64,000 bases of DNA from a virus, in the IMG/VR virus record IMGVR_UViG_2974694417_000001, positions 60,580 to 124,579 of that record; one strand, 5' to 3'. Below, one piece after another: positions 36,936 through 49,657 of the stretch; position 1 is the stretch's first letter, and every line of letters starts with the position of its first letter. The position numbers and the translations under genes were made by a program. The notes under the pieces are model-generated. The model made no database searches, was not told the origin of the DNA, and saw nothing but the letters and a program-made list of their open reading frames with translations.

Positions 36936-39900
36936 TTATCTCCGTGATTTCAACCTATCCATAACTTCGTCTGCAAATCTAACAGCACCTTCTTTGTCAC
37001 CACGATAATTTTCAAAGTTGAATTGCATATCGCCTACAACTAAGCTATTACCAGACTTAGAGGCTTGTATTGATTTTATAAAGTCATTGAGTTGATTTTT
37101 AGTCTTGTCTACAATTGATACTGTTTTTAAAATATCGCTTGTTTGATTTTTATTTAAGACCATTTCTTTCTTGTGGAGCATGGCAACTTTTCCTTGATTG
37201 CCGAACCAATCACCTGTATCACGTATATTCAACTCAATTCGCTAGACTGAGCCAGTTCTCTTATGAACTTCTCTATATCTCTATAGAGGTTAGACTATAT
37301 CTTGTAGTGTATCTACCTCTCCGTTTCCACTGCGCTTGCAATGTACACTCTTGCGAGTTAGTCGTTGAAGCTTAAACCAATAATTTTATGAAATAATAAT
37401 TGATTCTAAATTAGAATCTCTGAAATTATTCTCAGATAACCAGTCTGAAATAATTTTTGTATCAAATTTTAAATCTTTTGTGTTCACAATTCTTAACACT
37501 TTATATCCATTCTCTATAAGTTTAAAATTTCTTTTGTTTTCTTTTCTATCAAACTCATCTTGAGAAATTTTCCCCATCTTTACTGATAGATTGTGTCCAC
37601 CACCATCATATTCTATACAGATGTCATTGCCAATCAATATGTCTATATAGCCAACATCTAATATTGGAAAATTTATTTTTCCACCTAATTGATTTGCTAT
37701 TGCAATCTGCATTTTACTGGCTGGAACACCGTTGTAAAATCCTATATCACCGTTTGGCTTATATCCTTGATTGTTTTTAACTCTGTTTTTCATTGACAGT
37801 CTTCTTATTTCTCTATTTTGCTGAGGATATTCAACACCATATTTATTGAGATTTGTCTTTTTAATCTTATCTTTTATTTCATCTGATTGGAAAACATTTT
37901 CTACTCCATATTTATTTTTTATAGATTCGGTGGCTTTATCTTGAAATTCTTTTAATTCAAAAACATTCTTAACACCATATCTCTCTAAATTTGTTTGAGC
38001 TATTTTAGTTTTACCTTCATTTGATGAAAGATAGCTTTCATAACCTTTAAGTTCTAAATTGGACTCTACAACCTTTAATGTGATACATTCTTTACAACAA
38101 TCTTTCCCAATCTTTTTTCTTCTCTTGTTGTATACATCATATTTATTGTTTAATTCTGTTCCACAATAGTCACAGGTATACTGAACTACAAAATCACTTC
38201 CTTTAGATAAATCTTCAATTTTTACGATAAACTTATCTTTATATTTGGTGAATTGATAGCCTAAAGATTCATATCTTTTTCTTGTCTTTGCGTGCCAAGC
38301 TATCTCAATTTCTTCCGTAATCAACATGATTATTCTCCTTTCTTAGTAGTTTATATTTGGTTTATTTCATTATTGGTTTCTTGCCTGCTGATTGTCCAAT
38401 CCTCTCAATTTTTGAGCATTCGCACTTATCATTGCTGATTATGCTGTAGCTTGAAAGGCTCTAAGGAGTTTCCAGCAATTAGAAGAGTTTTTCTGGTGAA
38501 CTAACATTAATCCACCTGTGTCAAAGGGAATCAACAACTTTCTACCAATTGGCACTGTGTAAGGATTCAAATTACCATTAGCCCTTTGAATCTTAGTCCA
38601 TTGGTAATAATTTCCATAATACTTCTTAGCTAAATCCCAAAGTGTATCTCCATTAACAACTGTGTGTGTTGCTTTTACTCCTGTTTGTCTTGCAGGTCTT
38701 GGTGCAGGTTTTGGTTCAGGTGGAAGATAAGGATTCACATCTCTATGTGCTATAAACGAACTTGTTGCACCAGTAGTATAGTTAGGGTTGTTGACGTTGT
38801 TTCCTTTTTGTTGACTTGCATTCAAGTCGTCTAAATTTTTATTTATACTATTGAGTTCTGTTAATTGGTCTTTTATGCCCAACCAGATATTTGATACATC
38901 AGTTAGATTGTCTCCTACAATTGATTTAATATCATCAGGACTCAAGTTTTCTGTCCCCATGATTCCTTTTCCATTGCCACTCATCAATTCAGATAGTTCA
39001 TCTTGCATATCATTCATCATTTGAGTTAAGACATTTGTATCACCTGCATTCCATTTGTCTACTGCATTTTTCCATGATGCATCATCATTGATTAACTTAT
39101 CATAATAATCTTGAATTTGTTTAGATTTATCGTTGATTTCACTGACATTATTATCATAATTTGTGTTTTCATTATCTTTATTTCTATTTACTTGGTCAAG
39201 CTGTTCTTGTTTTTGTTTATCAAGTTGTTCTTTCCAGAGTGTATCTTGTCTCTCTAACTGAGCATCTGTGATATCTTTATTCAGGTCTGTCAGTTGTTTT
39301 TGGAGGTCTGCTAAAGCCTTTTTACCCTCTAACGAATTATCTCTTGAGGCTAATGATATTTTTTGCATAAAGTCTGCACGTTTAGCATTAAAGTCTTCCA
39401 TCTTCTTAGCATATGTTTCTTCGGCTTTTTCTGAATCACGTTCTTTAACTTTTACATCGTAGACTTCATTTATTTTTGAAATCTCATCATCATATGATTT
39501 TATTTTTGCGTCATGTGTAGTTTTTAAGTTTTCAAGTTCTTTTTCAGTAGATTGCTTGCTTAATGTTTGCATTTGTTTATAATAGTTTTTGAGTGAAGAT
39601 ACTTCGTCTTGTGCAACTTTTTCACGAGCATCGGCAACAGCTTTTTGTTCTTTCAAGGTGTCAAGAACAGCACTATTATAATTCTTTTGAGCTTCTTCGA
39701 GCATCTTTTGCATTTCAATAGCTTGTTTAGATGAAGCACCATATTTCTTGCTTGCACTATTATATTCAGCTTGATATTTGGCAACTTGATTCTTGTACGT
39801 AAGTTCAAGTTTTTGTTGTTGTTCTATCATATCATATTGAATCTTAAGCTGTTGACCTACATCATTAGGGTTAGTGTATTGAAGTTTCTCATTCTTGAAG

Positions 39901-42900
39901 CTTAATGCATCTTTAGCTTTTTGAATAGAAACAATTGTCTTATCCCAATTATTTCCAATATCAGCAATATAATCAAGATAAATATCAATGTTACTTTGTC
40001 TAACTTCGTTATTAAGATTTTCGATTTGTGTTTCAAGTTTCCACAAGTTTCCTGAATTTGTGTCATACTCTTGTTGTAATTCATTGTATCTCTTACGTTG
40101 TGCTTCTGTATGTTTATTTGTATGTCTCAAACCTTCAAGTTCTTTAGCAATTGCATTTTGACGTCTAATCATTGCTTGATACTGGGCTTGTTGTTGATTT
40201 AATAAGTTTTTATTTAAGTTTTGAATACCAAGTAATTGGTTACGATATGCAACTGTATTCTCAATTAAGCGTTTCAAGACTGCTTCTGATTTATCAATCT
40301 TAGTTTGAGTTTGGTCAATTGTTAGACCTGCTGTGTCTCTATGATAGAGAGCATCTAATGAGCTACCAGCACTTTCTCCAAAGATAGGAACAAATTCTTG
40401 CATTGTTTGAATAGCTGGGGTGATACTAGGAACATAAGTACCTGCTCCACCTTCGCTTGAACTACTAGAACCAGATTCGCCTTCACTTCCTGAAAATCCT
40501 CCACCTAGTGCACCCATTCCATTAGTTCCCTTTATTCCAAAGAGACTGCCTAGACCGAGTTTTTGAGCTGTTTGTAACCACAAATCAATACCACGGTCTC
40601 TGCGTTGTGGGATAAGTGGAATGATTGCTTCTTCACCTTCTTCCCCATGCCATGCAAGTTCAGGTGTATCAACAAATCCACCATTATAGTATCCATGTCC
40701 ACTATAAGCATTAACTAATGAACCATACCTACCGAGTGCATATCTGATTGAAGCAAGAATGTTATCGAGAGGGGAGTAGATATTATTATATCCTGGCATT
40801 TTATTCGCTTGGAAAGTTGGGTCAATAACTTGCATAAGACCTTTAGATGGTGTTCCATTCACAGCATTAACATCCCAACCATTGATTGCCATTGGGTTAC
40901 CACCAGACTCAGTTTGCATTTGATATAGCAATGCTTGCAAGTTTTGTGGTGTGAATTGACCAGTCATCATCAAAGCTTGTGAAGCTACACCAGTCCATTG
41001 TTGAACACCTGCACCAGCAACACCGCCTCCACCTCCGCCAAATGCACCTGCCAAAGCAGAGAAGTCACCTGAAACGTAAGCTTTTATTTTGTCTAGTGTA
41101 TCAAACACTCCACCACCAAAATCTTTAAATACTTCTTTACCAAGTTCTTTGAGGTTTCCACCTGTCAAACCATTACTCAAACCTGCAATTACATACCCAC
41201 CCAATTCCTCGAATACACGAGATGGTGAGTGAATACCCAATGCTGATTTGAATCTTGATACCATATCATCAGCAAGTCTTTGGAGAGGACTTGAAGCTGA
41301 ACTCATGTTGTCACTAATACCCTTACCAATCTGAGCAGGAATTGTGCTTGCGATTCCATATAGTCCAGCAGTTCCAGCACGCAAAGCGTGTTGCATAGCT
41401 GTTGACATATTATTGACTGCACTGACGGAACTGGCACCCATTTCTCGTATTTCACGAACGACATTCTGTCTAGTCCACTCACCACGAGAAACAATATTTT
41501 GTGTTCCACTATTCCAGCTACCAACCATTGAAGATGTAGTTTGACTTATTATAGATGGCAATGTTTGTCTTACGGTATTCCAAATTCCAGTCAAAGATTG
41601 CACTACCGCAATAGATGTATTTTGATAGTTAATAAGTGAACTTGCATCAAACACCATTTGTGCATTTGCTTGAGAAACTGCTGTTGCAACAAGAGAACCA
41701 AAGTTAGATAAAATTCCAGCAGTCTCGTTCATTTTTGCTTGAACTTGACCTTTCATAGTATCCATTGCTGATGTATCTATTGCCCCTATTTTTAGATTAG
41801 TTGCCAAGACAGTCCGAATAGAACTCATGTATCCAGAAGCATCATCTCTTAATGTCTTAAGAGCATCTGATATAACTTGAGTATCTGCTTTGAAATTTTT
41901 AGGAATTTCAAATGAACCACTAACAGAGAATTTTATATCTCCTGCTTTTGAGGTTAAATCACTGATTGATTGAGATGCTTTACCAGCGCTATCTGCTATC
42001 TTATTTAGTTCACCTGCTAAACTTGCTATTTTATCATTTTTACCAAATAGCTTAGAGTCCATCAATGTAATGGTTTTATTTACTCCATCTTGTACGGTTG
42101 TAATATTTCCAGATAATTCAGAAACCCTCTTTTGTGTTGTTTCTATTGTTCCGTCAGCTTCAGTAAGAGCTTTCGTATCAATTTTGTTGATTTTTATATC
42201 AACACCTTCTGCACCAGCCTGTTTCATTGCTACAATATCTTTAGATGGTTGTATCAATCCAGTGGTATCACCAGTAACTTTTGTAGTGACGGTTTCTCCA
42301 CCTGATTGTTTAAATGCTACAACATCTTTGGATGGCTGTATTAAACCAGTAGTGTCGGCAGTAACTTTCGTAGTAACTGTAGTATTTGCTGACTTATTCA
42401 GTTCATCAGATGATGTTTTTGCGCCATCTATTTTTCCTTTAGCTTCATCAGCTTTTGAGCCAGTTTGAGAGAACAAAGTGTATTCTGAACCATTTGGCAT
42501 TTGGATTTTATAAGTAAATCCATTAACAGCATCTCCTGTTTGTACGATTTTTCCGCCAAGAGCTTCTACTTGTTTATTTACACCTACTAACCAAGAGTTT
42601 GAATCTCCACCACCATTTTCTAGTTGAAATTTCAAACCAGTTACATTATCTGTTGTGGTCTCTACTCTATCTCCAATAGCTTGATATTGATTTGCGATAC
42701 CAGTCAACCATTGTGTTCTTGACTCATCACTTTTGTTACTATTAAGGAAATTTTGGAAGTTTGTAGCTAAGAAACCAGTAGATACATTTACTGCATCAAC
42801 AGAACCACCTAACGAATCTGTTGCTTTTTGAAGGGTATACAGACCTCTTTCATTTTTATCTGCATCAACATATCCTAACCTCATAGAACCATCAGGATTT

Positions 42901-45900
42901 TCAATATAGGTCAACTTAATTCCCATTGTTTCTAGTTGTTCATTTATTGTATCAAGATAAGCTGATTTAGAACCGTCAAGCATAGAAATACTTTTAACAA
43001 AATCGCTATTTTCATCTTTGGTGACAACTATTTGACTTTGGAGTTGACTTAAGTTTTCTTTCAGGCCATTATAAAGATTATTTTCCTTATTTCCATCTTT
43101 TGGAGCTTCTTTTAGTTCTGCTAATTTTTTCTTCAAGTCATCAACATGGTCATCGACTTTAGATTTACTAGAAGATAGAGATGCTATAAGCTGATTGTCA
43201 ATCCCTAAGACACCTTGTTTAGCAAAATTAAGCATAGATACTAATAAGTTGAATCCTTCTTGACTCATGTCTTTATTAGATTCTCTGAGTTTATCTACTG
43301 GCGTATTTGCCATCTGAGTTATTTCATCTAGTGATTTAGAACTCATTAGCTTATAAGCTTCATAGATTCCTTGGGTATTATTTTGAATATCTTTTTTTGC
43401 AATTCCTGTCTTAGAAGATATTTCTGCAATCATGTTTTGAATGTCTGATGAGGTATTAAACACATCAGCATTTAATTTTTTGCTTGAAGCTAAATATTCT
43501 AGTTTTGAGTTTATTTCTTCTGCTTCACCATCTTGAAGTTTCAAGAATTTCTTCTTAGCATCAATAGCTTCATATGTTGCAGTTGTGTTATCTAATATGG
43601 TGTCAGTGTATGCGGTCATTTCATCACTAGCAACCATCGCTTTTATTTTTTGATTTTCAAGTTCTGTTCCTAAGTTGATTGTTGCTTGTTTAGCATCATT
43701 TTCACTCATACCAAGAGCTTCTAATCTACCTATAAAATCTTCTGGAACAAAATCTTTTGAATTAGTTGACATTTCAGCTATAGCAGTTGATACAGCTTTT
43801 ATTTGATTTGGAAAATCTTTTGATTTTTTAGCACTATCACTAAAGCTTGCAGTTAAATCATCAAAAGTTTTAATTGCCTTGTTACCAGCATCTCCACCAA
43901 TAGATTTCAATTGGTCATATGAGCCAGCAAGTGCTTCTGCAACTGCCTTTGTTCTATCTTCTAAAGTTTGTTGTGATTTAGCATAATCATTAGTAACTTC
44001 TTTACTATCTATAGCATATTGATTGACTTTAGCATAAGAATCAATCAGCCCTTTACCTGCATCGGAAACATTTTTCATCTTTCCTTCTGCACTCATCCAT
44101 GCTGTAGTATTCTCAGCAATCTTAGAAGAGGAGTTAGTGAGAGCTTTCGACATTTCTGCTTGAGTTTGAGCAATACCAGCACTAGCTATTTTAGACCTTT
44201 TTTCAAAGTCTTCCATAGCATTTTCTTTATGATTTCCTCTACCATAGACATCTACATTTTTTGCAACTTCATTATATTCTTTTAAGTCTGATTGATACTG
44301 TTTTAATTCTTTTCTTAACTTAGCATATTTTTCTGCGCCTTTTTCTGTATCTGCATCAAATTTTTGTTCAATATCTTTGACTTTTACTTTATTTAGTTCT
44401 TTAATAGCTTCGGCTTCTTTTTTAATCTCTTGCGTAGATTTCATGTGAGCCTTACCATTCGCATCAACATAAGCTACTGCATTAGGTAGAATATTTGAAA
44501 GTTCTTTAACTGTGTTATTATATTCTTCTTGACCTTTAGCATCTAAAGTTCCATTTTTTTGTTTAGTTTCTAATTCATCATATTTTTTAATAACATCATC
44601 AAAGTTATTGCCATATTTATTGAACTGTTCAATTGATTTGTCAATATTTGAATTATATGCTTTTAAAAGAGAATCTTGTTTTTCTTTATATTTAATGAAT
44701 TTTTCAGCGAGGAATCCAGCAACAGCAGCTACCCCTGCTAGTGCTAAAGTTATACCTCCTACAGTCCCCATAAATCCTAAGAATGCTGTTTTAAGACCTG
44801 CTAGTGTTGCCTTACTAAAAATCATTGCACTAGTAAAGACACCTTGTGTTGCAGTTAACCCTTTTGTTACAGCTTGATATTCTAGCGAAGCTGTTTTTAC
44901 TTTATTAAAACCATCACCAAAGTCTTTGAAGACTTTAATATTTTTAAATGACCCTCCAATCTTGCCTCCTAGGGTATCAAAACCTTCATTTAGTGCTTTT
45001 AAAGGTTTATCTGCATCGAGGATTGGTTTTATAATACCACTAATAGATTTACCAAGTCCACCAAATTTAGTAGCTAAACCAACAATGATTCCGAAAGAGG
45101 CTGGTAAAACTCCAATTTTATTAATGATATTAACGATTCCATCTGCCATAGAAGCCATAGCATCTATTCCCAACATCATTCCATCAGATAAGAACGCTTT
45201 ACCTATAGCTAATGAAAGTTCTGTGAATCTAGTTTTCAGCGCATTCACTTTAGCTTCAAATGATTGCATGTAAATTCCTTGTTCTTTCATTGCTGAATTA
45301 CTAGAATTTAAACCTGCATTTGTAGCATCAAGACCCATTTGCCAGTTGTTCATATAAGCTAAGAAACGAGACAATTGGTTACGACCAGCAATTGTAACAC
45401 CAATATTTTGTTGTTGTTCTGCTGTAAGACCTTTCCATTTTCCTGCTAATTCACCCAAGATATCATTAACAGGTTTCATTTCCATTCCATTATCACCCAT
45501 TTTTCGAATAGAGACTCCTACTGAATCTAAAATATCAATAGAAGGTTGCATTGTTGTTATACGTGAATAAATTGTTTTTAAAGAGTTACCAATTATAGCA
45601 CCCGATTCTTGAGTAACTGCACCGATTGCGGTTGTAGCGCCTGCAACTTCTTCCATTGAAACCCCAAAGGTTTGAGCTGTTGCCCCTGCTTTTGATAGAG
45701 ATTCAGCGAGTTGTTTAGTTGAAATTGAGTAATTATTATCTATTTCATTTAATGCATCAACAATATGAAGAGAATCTCCCGCAGATATGTTGAAAGCATT
45801 CATCGTTCCGACTAAACTAGATACTGATTCATCAAGTTTAAGGTCAGATACATTTGACATAATTACTGCTGTTTTTGTTACAGTCAATAATTGTTGTTCT

Positions 45901-48080
45901 GATAAGCTGTCAAATGTACGTGAATATTCACCTAATGCATCAAGAATATCATGAACGTTATTTCCTAACTCTTTAGATTGCGTTAAAGCACCAGTTAGAA
46001 GGTTATCTGTATTAATTCCTGCACCAGCAACACGTTGGATTTCAATCATTTGTTTATTGATTTCCATTATTTCACTACTGATACCTTTAAACCCATTAAC
46101 AACAGCATATATCCCTTGCATAGATAAGATATAGCCTGGGATGCGTTTCATTGCAATTCCCATTTGTTCCATGAATCCTAATGATTTATTCTCATTATCA
46201 ACAATGGCTTTTCCAGTTTCTTTAACAGCCATTTGAGTTGCTGTTTGGGATTTATTCATTTGGAAGGTGTAGGCTTCTACAGTTTTTCCTGTCCCAGCCA
46301 TTTTAACTTTTACTTCATTTACAGCTTGTCCAAATTGATTTGTTTTTTCTGTTACCGAAATAGTGTTGACTTCGCCTTGTTTTAATTCTCCAAAATATCT
46401 CTTTAAAGCAGAAGTATCAACTGTTCCACCATTTAAAGCTCCAAAAATTCCACTTTGAATATTCTTTAGTTTAGGATTACTAGCACTTGCACTAATCAAT
46501 TCAAAGTTACGAATCATATCTTTTTGGTCACGTTTTGCTTCATCTAATTCTAGTGATAAAGTCCGACCTAATTGTTTTACTGCTTCAACAGATGTTTTTG
46601 ATGCCTTACCCAGTTGGTCAATAGCACTGCTTGCTTCTCCATTGCCATATCTTCCAATATCTTTTAAGCTTTGAATTAGTTTCTCTACAGCACGTTGTTG
46701 TTGAGCCATATCAGTAACTGCACTTGAATTACTAGAAGCCATTTGAATCTCTTTAAGAGAAAGTTGTACAGTTTTTAACTTCATCATAGATTCTGTTAAT
46801 TCTTGGACACTATTCGATTGATGCTTAATTGCATTTATCTGACCAAGAATATCACTTGTACGACTCATTGCTTGCTGTTGATTTGCGCCACCTGACATAT
46901 TATTTCTAATACGATTATATTGTGCTTCTGTTTCCTGTAATGATTTAATGAGCTTTTCACGAGTTTTGAATACTTGTTCATCACTCTTGTATTGTGCCTG
47001 TAATGATTTTAATCTTGAAGATGTCGCATCTAACTGATGTGAATCCATACCCTTTAGATTTGCACCTAGCTTCTGAATTTCTGCCGATGCTTTAGAAATA
47101 TCTGGAATCATTGATGATACTGTTTGATTCAGGTTTCTTTGTAGAGCTTCACGTTTTTGTTGAGCAACTACAAGTTCTTTTTCAGCGCTGATAGCTTTCT
47201 TTAGACTTTCAATTTCACCAGTAGAGATGAATTTTTGGTCTTTAAGTTTGTCAAACATCCCAACTGAATTAGAGTCTTTGAGGTTTGTTTTCAGAACTTT
47301 AACAGTTTCACTAAGAGATTCCATTTGTCTACGAGCTTTATTTGTTTGAGCTTCCATCTTATTGACTTCTGACTCTTTCATTAACTCAAATCCACCAGTA
47401 TCTTTGAGTTTAAACATAGCTGTATACATTTCGCCAGTTTCTCTTTTAACTGTAGCTGACATTGTTTCTACATTTGTTGTATAATCACGAAATACTTTGG
47501 TAGAAAATTCTCCTCCACCGAAAGCTTCCGTCATGTATTTTTTAACATCTGTAAGATTGTTTTTGATGTTAGCCGTAGTCTTATCACTCATGATATTACC
47601 AGCTTCACTATCAGAAACTGCTTTTACTTTTTTAAGAGCTGTTGCATAGTCTTTTTCAAAATCATTAATAATCTTTTTAATTTTACCAAGTTCACCTGCA
47701 ATGCGAAGAGCAGAGCCATTGACGTCAACATCAACATCTAACTTGATAGGTCTAATGCTAGGAGACTTCTGAATCTTTGCTTGAATTTGTTGAATTTGAT
47801 TACTTAGATTTTTAATAGAACTATCAATAGTAACATCAAGCTTAATAGCATTTTGAATTGAAGAAGAAGTATTAATTTTGTTTTGTAATTCTTTAAGTTT
47901 AGAGTTGATATCTTTAATGTTGTCTGATAACTCTACACCAATTTTAATAGAGAGGTCTTTATTTCCATTGATTAAAGACTGCAATCCTTTTTTGATTTCT
48001 TCTGCCGAACGTTGTTTGTCTATACCAACAGCAATATCTATTTTGTTGGATTTTAATATTGCTTGTAATTGATTTGCCAA
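36936..48080 (-). CDS. Tape measure protein with SLT lytic transglycosylase and LysM domains; exons 48080-38510 + 37219-36936, 3284 aa spliced
   Basis: TP901-type TMP core, ESGGNPMA...SKGLMQVIDPTF (SLT), HTVVNGDTLWDLAKKYYG (LysM). Splicing restores FDTGG|YTGDW...AMLHKKE. Confidence 0.92.
37220..38509 (-). mobile_element. Group I intron in the tape measure gene (1290 nt) with endonuclease ORF
   Basis: P1 GGUGGAU|UAA-UG-UUAGUUCACC with U.G pair; UUGCUGGAAA/AAUCAGCAG (P4); CUUCAACGACUA and AAGAUAUAGUC; terminal G37220. Confidence 0.93.
37386..38327 (-). CDS. Intron-encoded putative homing endonuclease, Vsr-like/EDxHD (DUF559-type) with Zn ribbon and KYGVEN repeats
   Basis: CDYC...CCKEC; RYGVKN/KYGVEN/KYGVEY repeats; IDILI..ICIEYDGGGH...DRKENKR...GYKVLRI; AAGGAG RBS. 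Confidence 0.8.
   Translation of the reverse strand: MLITEEIEIAWHAKTRKRYESLGYQFTKYKDKFIVKIEDLSKGSDFVVQYTCDYCGTELNNKYDVYNKRRKKIGKDCCKECITLKVVESNLELKGYESYLSSNEGKTKIAQTNLERYGVKNVFELKEFQDKATESIKNKYGVENVFQSDEIKDKIKKTNLNKYGVEYPQQNREIRRLSMKNRVKNNQGYKPNGDIGFYNGVPASKMQIAIANQLGGKINFPILDVGYIDILIGNDICIEYDGGGHNLSVKMGKISQDEFDRKENKRNFKLIENGYKVLRIVNTKDLKFDTKIISDWLSENNFRDSNLESIIIS
42204..42377 (-). repeat. Tandem 87-nt (29-aa) duplication within TMP
   Basis: VTTKVTADTTGLIQPSKDVVAFKQSGGET / VTTKVTGDTTGLIQPSKDIVAMKQAGAEG. Confidence 0.85.
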
Positions 48081-48097
48081 GTTTCACTCTCCTTTAA

Positions 48098-49090
48098 TTA
48101 AAATAATGCGTCTATCTCATCTTCATCATCTCTTACGATATATATTTCTGTTGTGCTAGACGAATTATGTCCTAGTAATTGCTGAACAGCTTTGATGTCT
48201 TTTCCATCCTCAACAACACTGTTAGTCGCCCTAGAGCTTCTAAGTAAGTGAGGGTGAACTTTTTTACCGAGGAATTTACCCCATTGTGTACACCAAGCGT
48301 TAAACATGTCTGGTGAAATTTGTTTATATTCACCTGTTTCTTTGGAGCGAGAAACGAACATGTATTCACAATCATCTTCTCCACGTTCTTCAATCCATTT
48401 TTGAAGAGCAACCATTGCATCTTCACCGAATTGGAATTTTCTTATTTTTCCTGCCTTACCACGACCTTTAGCACGTATGCTGTGAGTCATATAATAGTTT
48501 TTCTCAACCCCTTTTGGATTGACATACTTATTGTATTCAACTACTTCTTTCTTGAGCTGACGTGACTCTTCTCGTCTACAGCCAGTTTGATAAGTATAGG
48601 TAAGATAGGCTAATTGTTGCCATCTTTTAGTATCCATTAAATGTTGAGTTAATTTTTTAATCTCAGCACTTGTCAATGGAATTTTTTCTTTTTTCTTCTG
48701 ATTGCCTACGTTTGGAACGGCTTTTGTAAATATGTTCCGCACATTAGGATACTCATCAGACCAGAATGCTTCAATGTGTAAGTAGAATGCACTCACAACA
48801 CTTCGTTTAAATTTAATAGCTGAGTCACTAAGACCAATATCTACTAATTTATTTTGATATCGCATTGCATCACGAATTTTTAATTCTGTAACAGGTTTAT
48901 TACCTAGTTCGTCATAAACAAACTTACAAAAGATATATAGACCAGATTTATATTGTTTCAAAGTCTGGTCACTCTTTTGTGATTGTCGTAAGAAATCTTC
49001 TACTAATTCAACTGTGATAGGGTCTGCGAGTTTCTTAAATTCCTCATCTGAGAAACCAAGAATCTTTGCATTTTTTTCGTAAAGCTTCAT
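48098..49090 (-). CDS. Tyrosine recombinase (XerC/D-like)
   Basis: TGCRREE, KGRGK, HPHLLRSSRAT, LLGH, TTEIY; N-terminal SAM-like domain. Confidence 0.92.
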   Translation of the reverse strand: MKLYEKNAKILGFSDEEFKKLADPITVELVEDFLRQSQKSDQTLKQYKSGLYIFCKFVYDELGNKPVTELKIRDAMRYQNKLVDIGLSDSAIKFKRSVVSAFYLHIEAFWSDEYPNVRNIFTKAVPNVGNQKKKEKIPLTSAEIKKLTQHLMDTKRWQQLAYLTYTYQTGCRREESRQLKKEVVEYNKYVNPKGVEKNYYMTHSIRAKGRGKAGKIRKFQFGEDAMVALQKWIEERGEDDCEYMFVSRSKETGEYKQISPDMFNAWCTQWGKFLGKKVHPHLLRSSRATNSVVEDGKDIKAVQQLLGHNSSSTTEIYIVRDDEDEIDALF

Positions 49091-49566
49091 TGTTTACCAC
49101 CAGTCCATTTTATTTTTAATTTTATATTATCAGGTAAAGTTCTACTTATTTCAGCCTCAACTCTCTCTATAATATGCAACGGTGGTGAATAAGCGAACCT
49201 ATCAGGTTTAGCACCAAAAGAACCCCAACCATCATTCATTGCCATGAATACGTTACGCTTACCACCTTTGTTAAAATCATATTGTTTCATATAGCTGTCT
49301 TCAAATTGAACGCTGATTTCAAGAGTACCATCATGTTTTAAAGCAACCTTTCTATCAAGTTTTATACCTTGACGTGTTCTGCCCGTTCTGACATATTGCT
49401 TTGGAGTATATGAATGAAGGTACTCATCCCATTTACTAAGAAATGATTTATGCAAGTCTTGACCTAATTTATTTAATTCTTTTTTGTAGTATTTTTTGGC
49501 TTCATCCTCAAGTTCTTTTTTTAGAGATTCTGCAACTTGGTTAGCCCAAACATCAATATTTTCCAT
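49087..49566 (-). CDS. Putative tail/neck component
   Basis: YTPKQYVRTG motif; ATG 49566 after GGAG; position in the tail module. Confidence 0.6.
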   Translation of the reverse strand: MENIDVWANQVAESLKKELEDEAKKYYKKELNKLGQDLHKSFLSKWDEYLHSYTPKQYVRTGRTRQGIKLDRKVALKHDGTLEISVQFEDSYMKQYDFNKGGKRNVFMAMNDGWGSFGAKPDRFAYSPPLHIIERVEAEISRTLPDNIKLKIKWTGGKQ

Positions 49567-49657
49567 TCTTACACTCCAAAACAAAAAAATGATTGAACTA
49601 AAAATCCAACCATTTTTATTAATTTTTCACTTAAATGTTAGTTATTTAGTGGTTATC

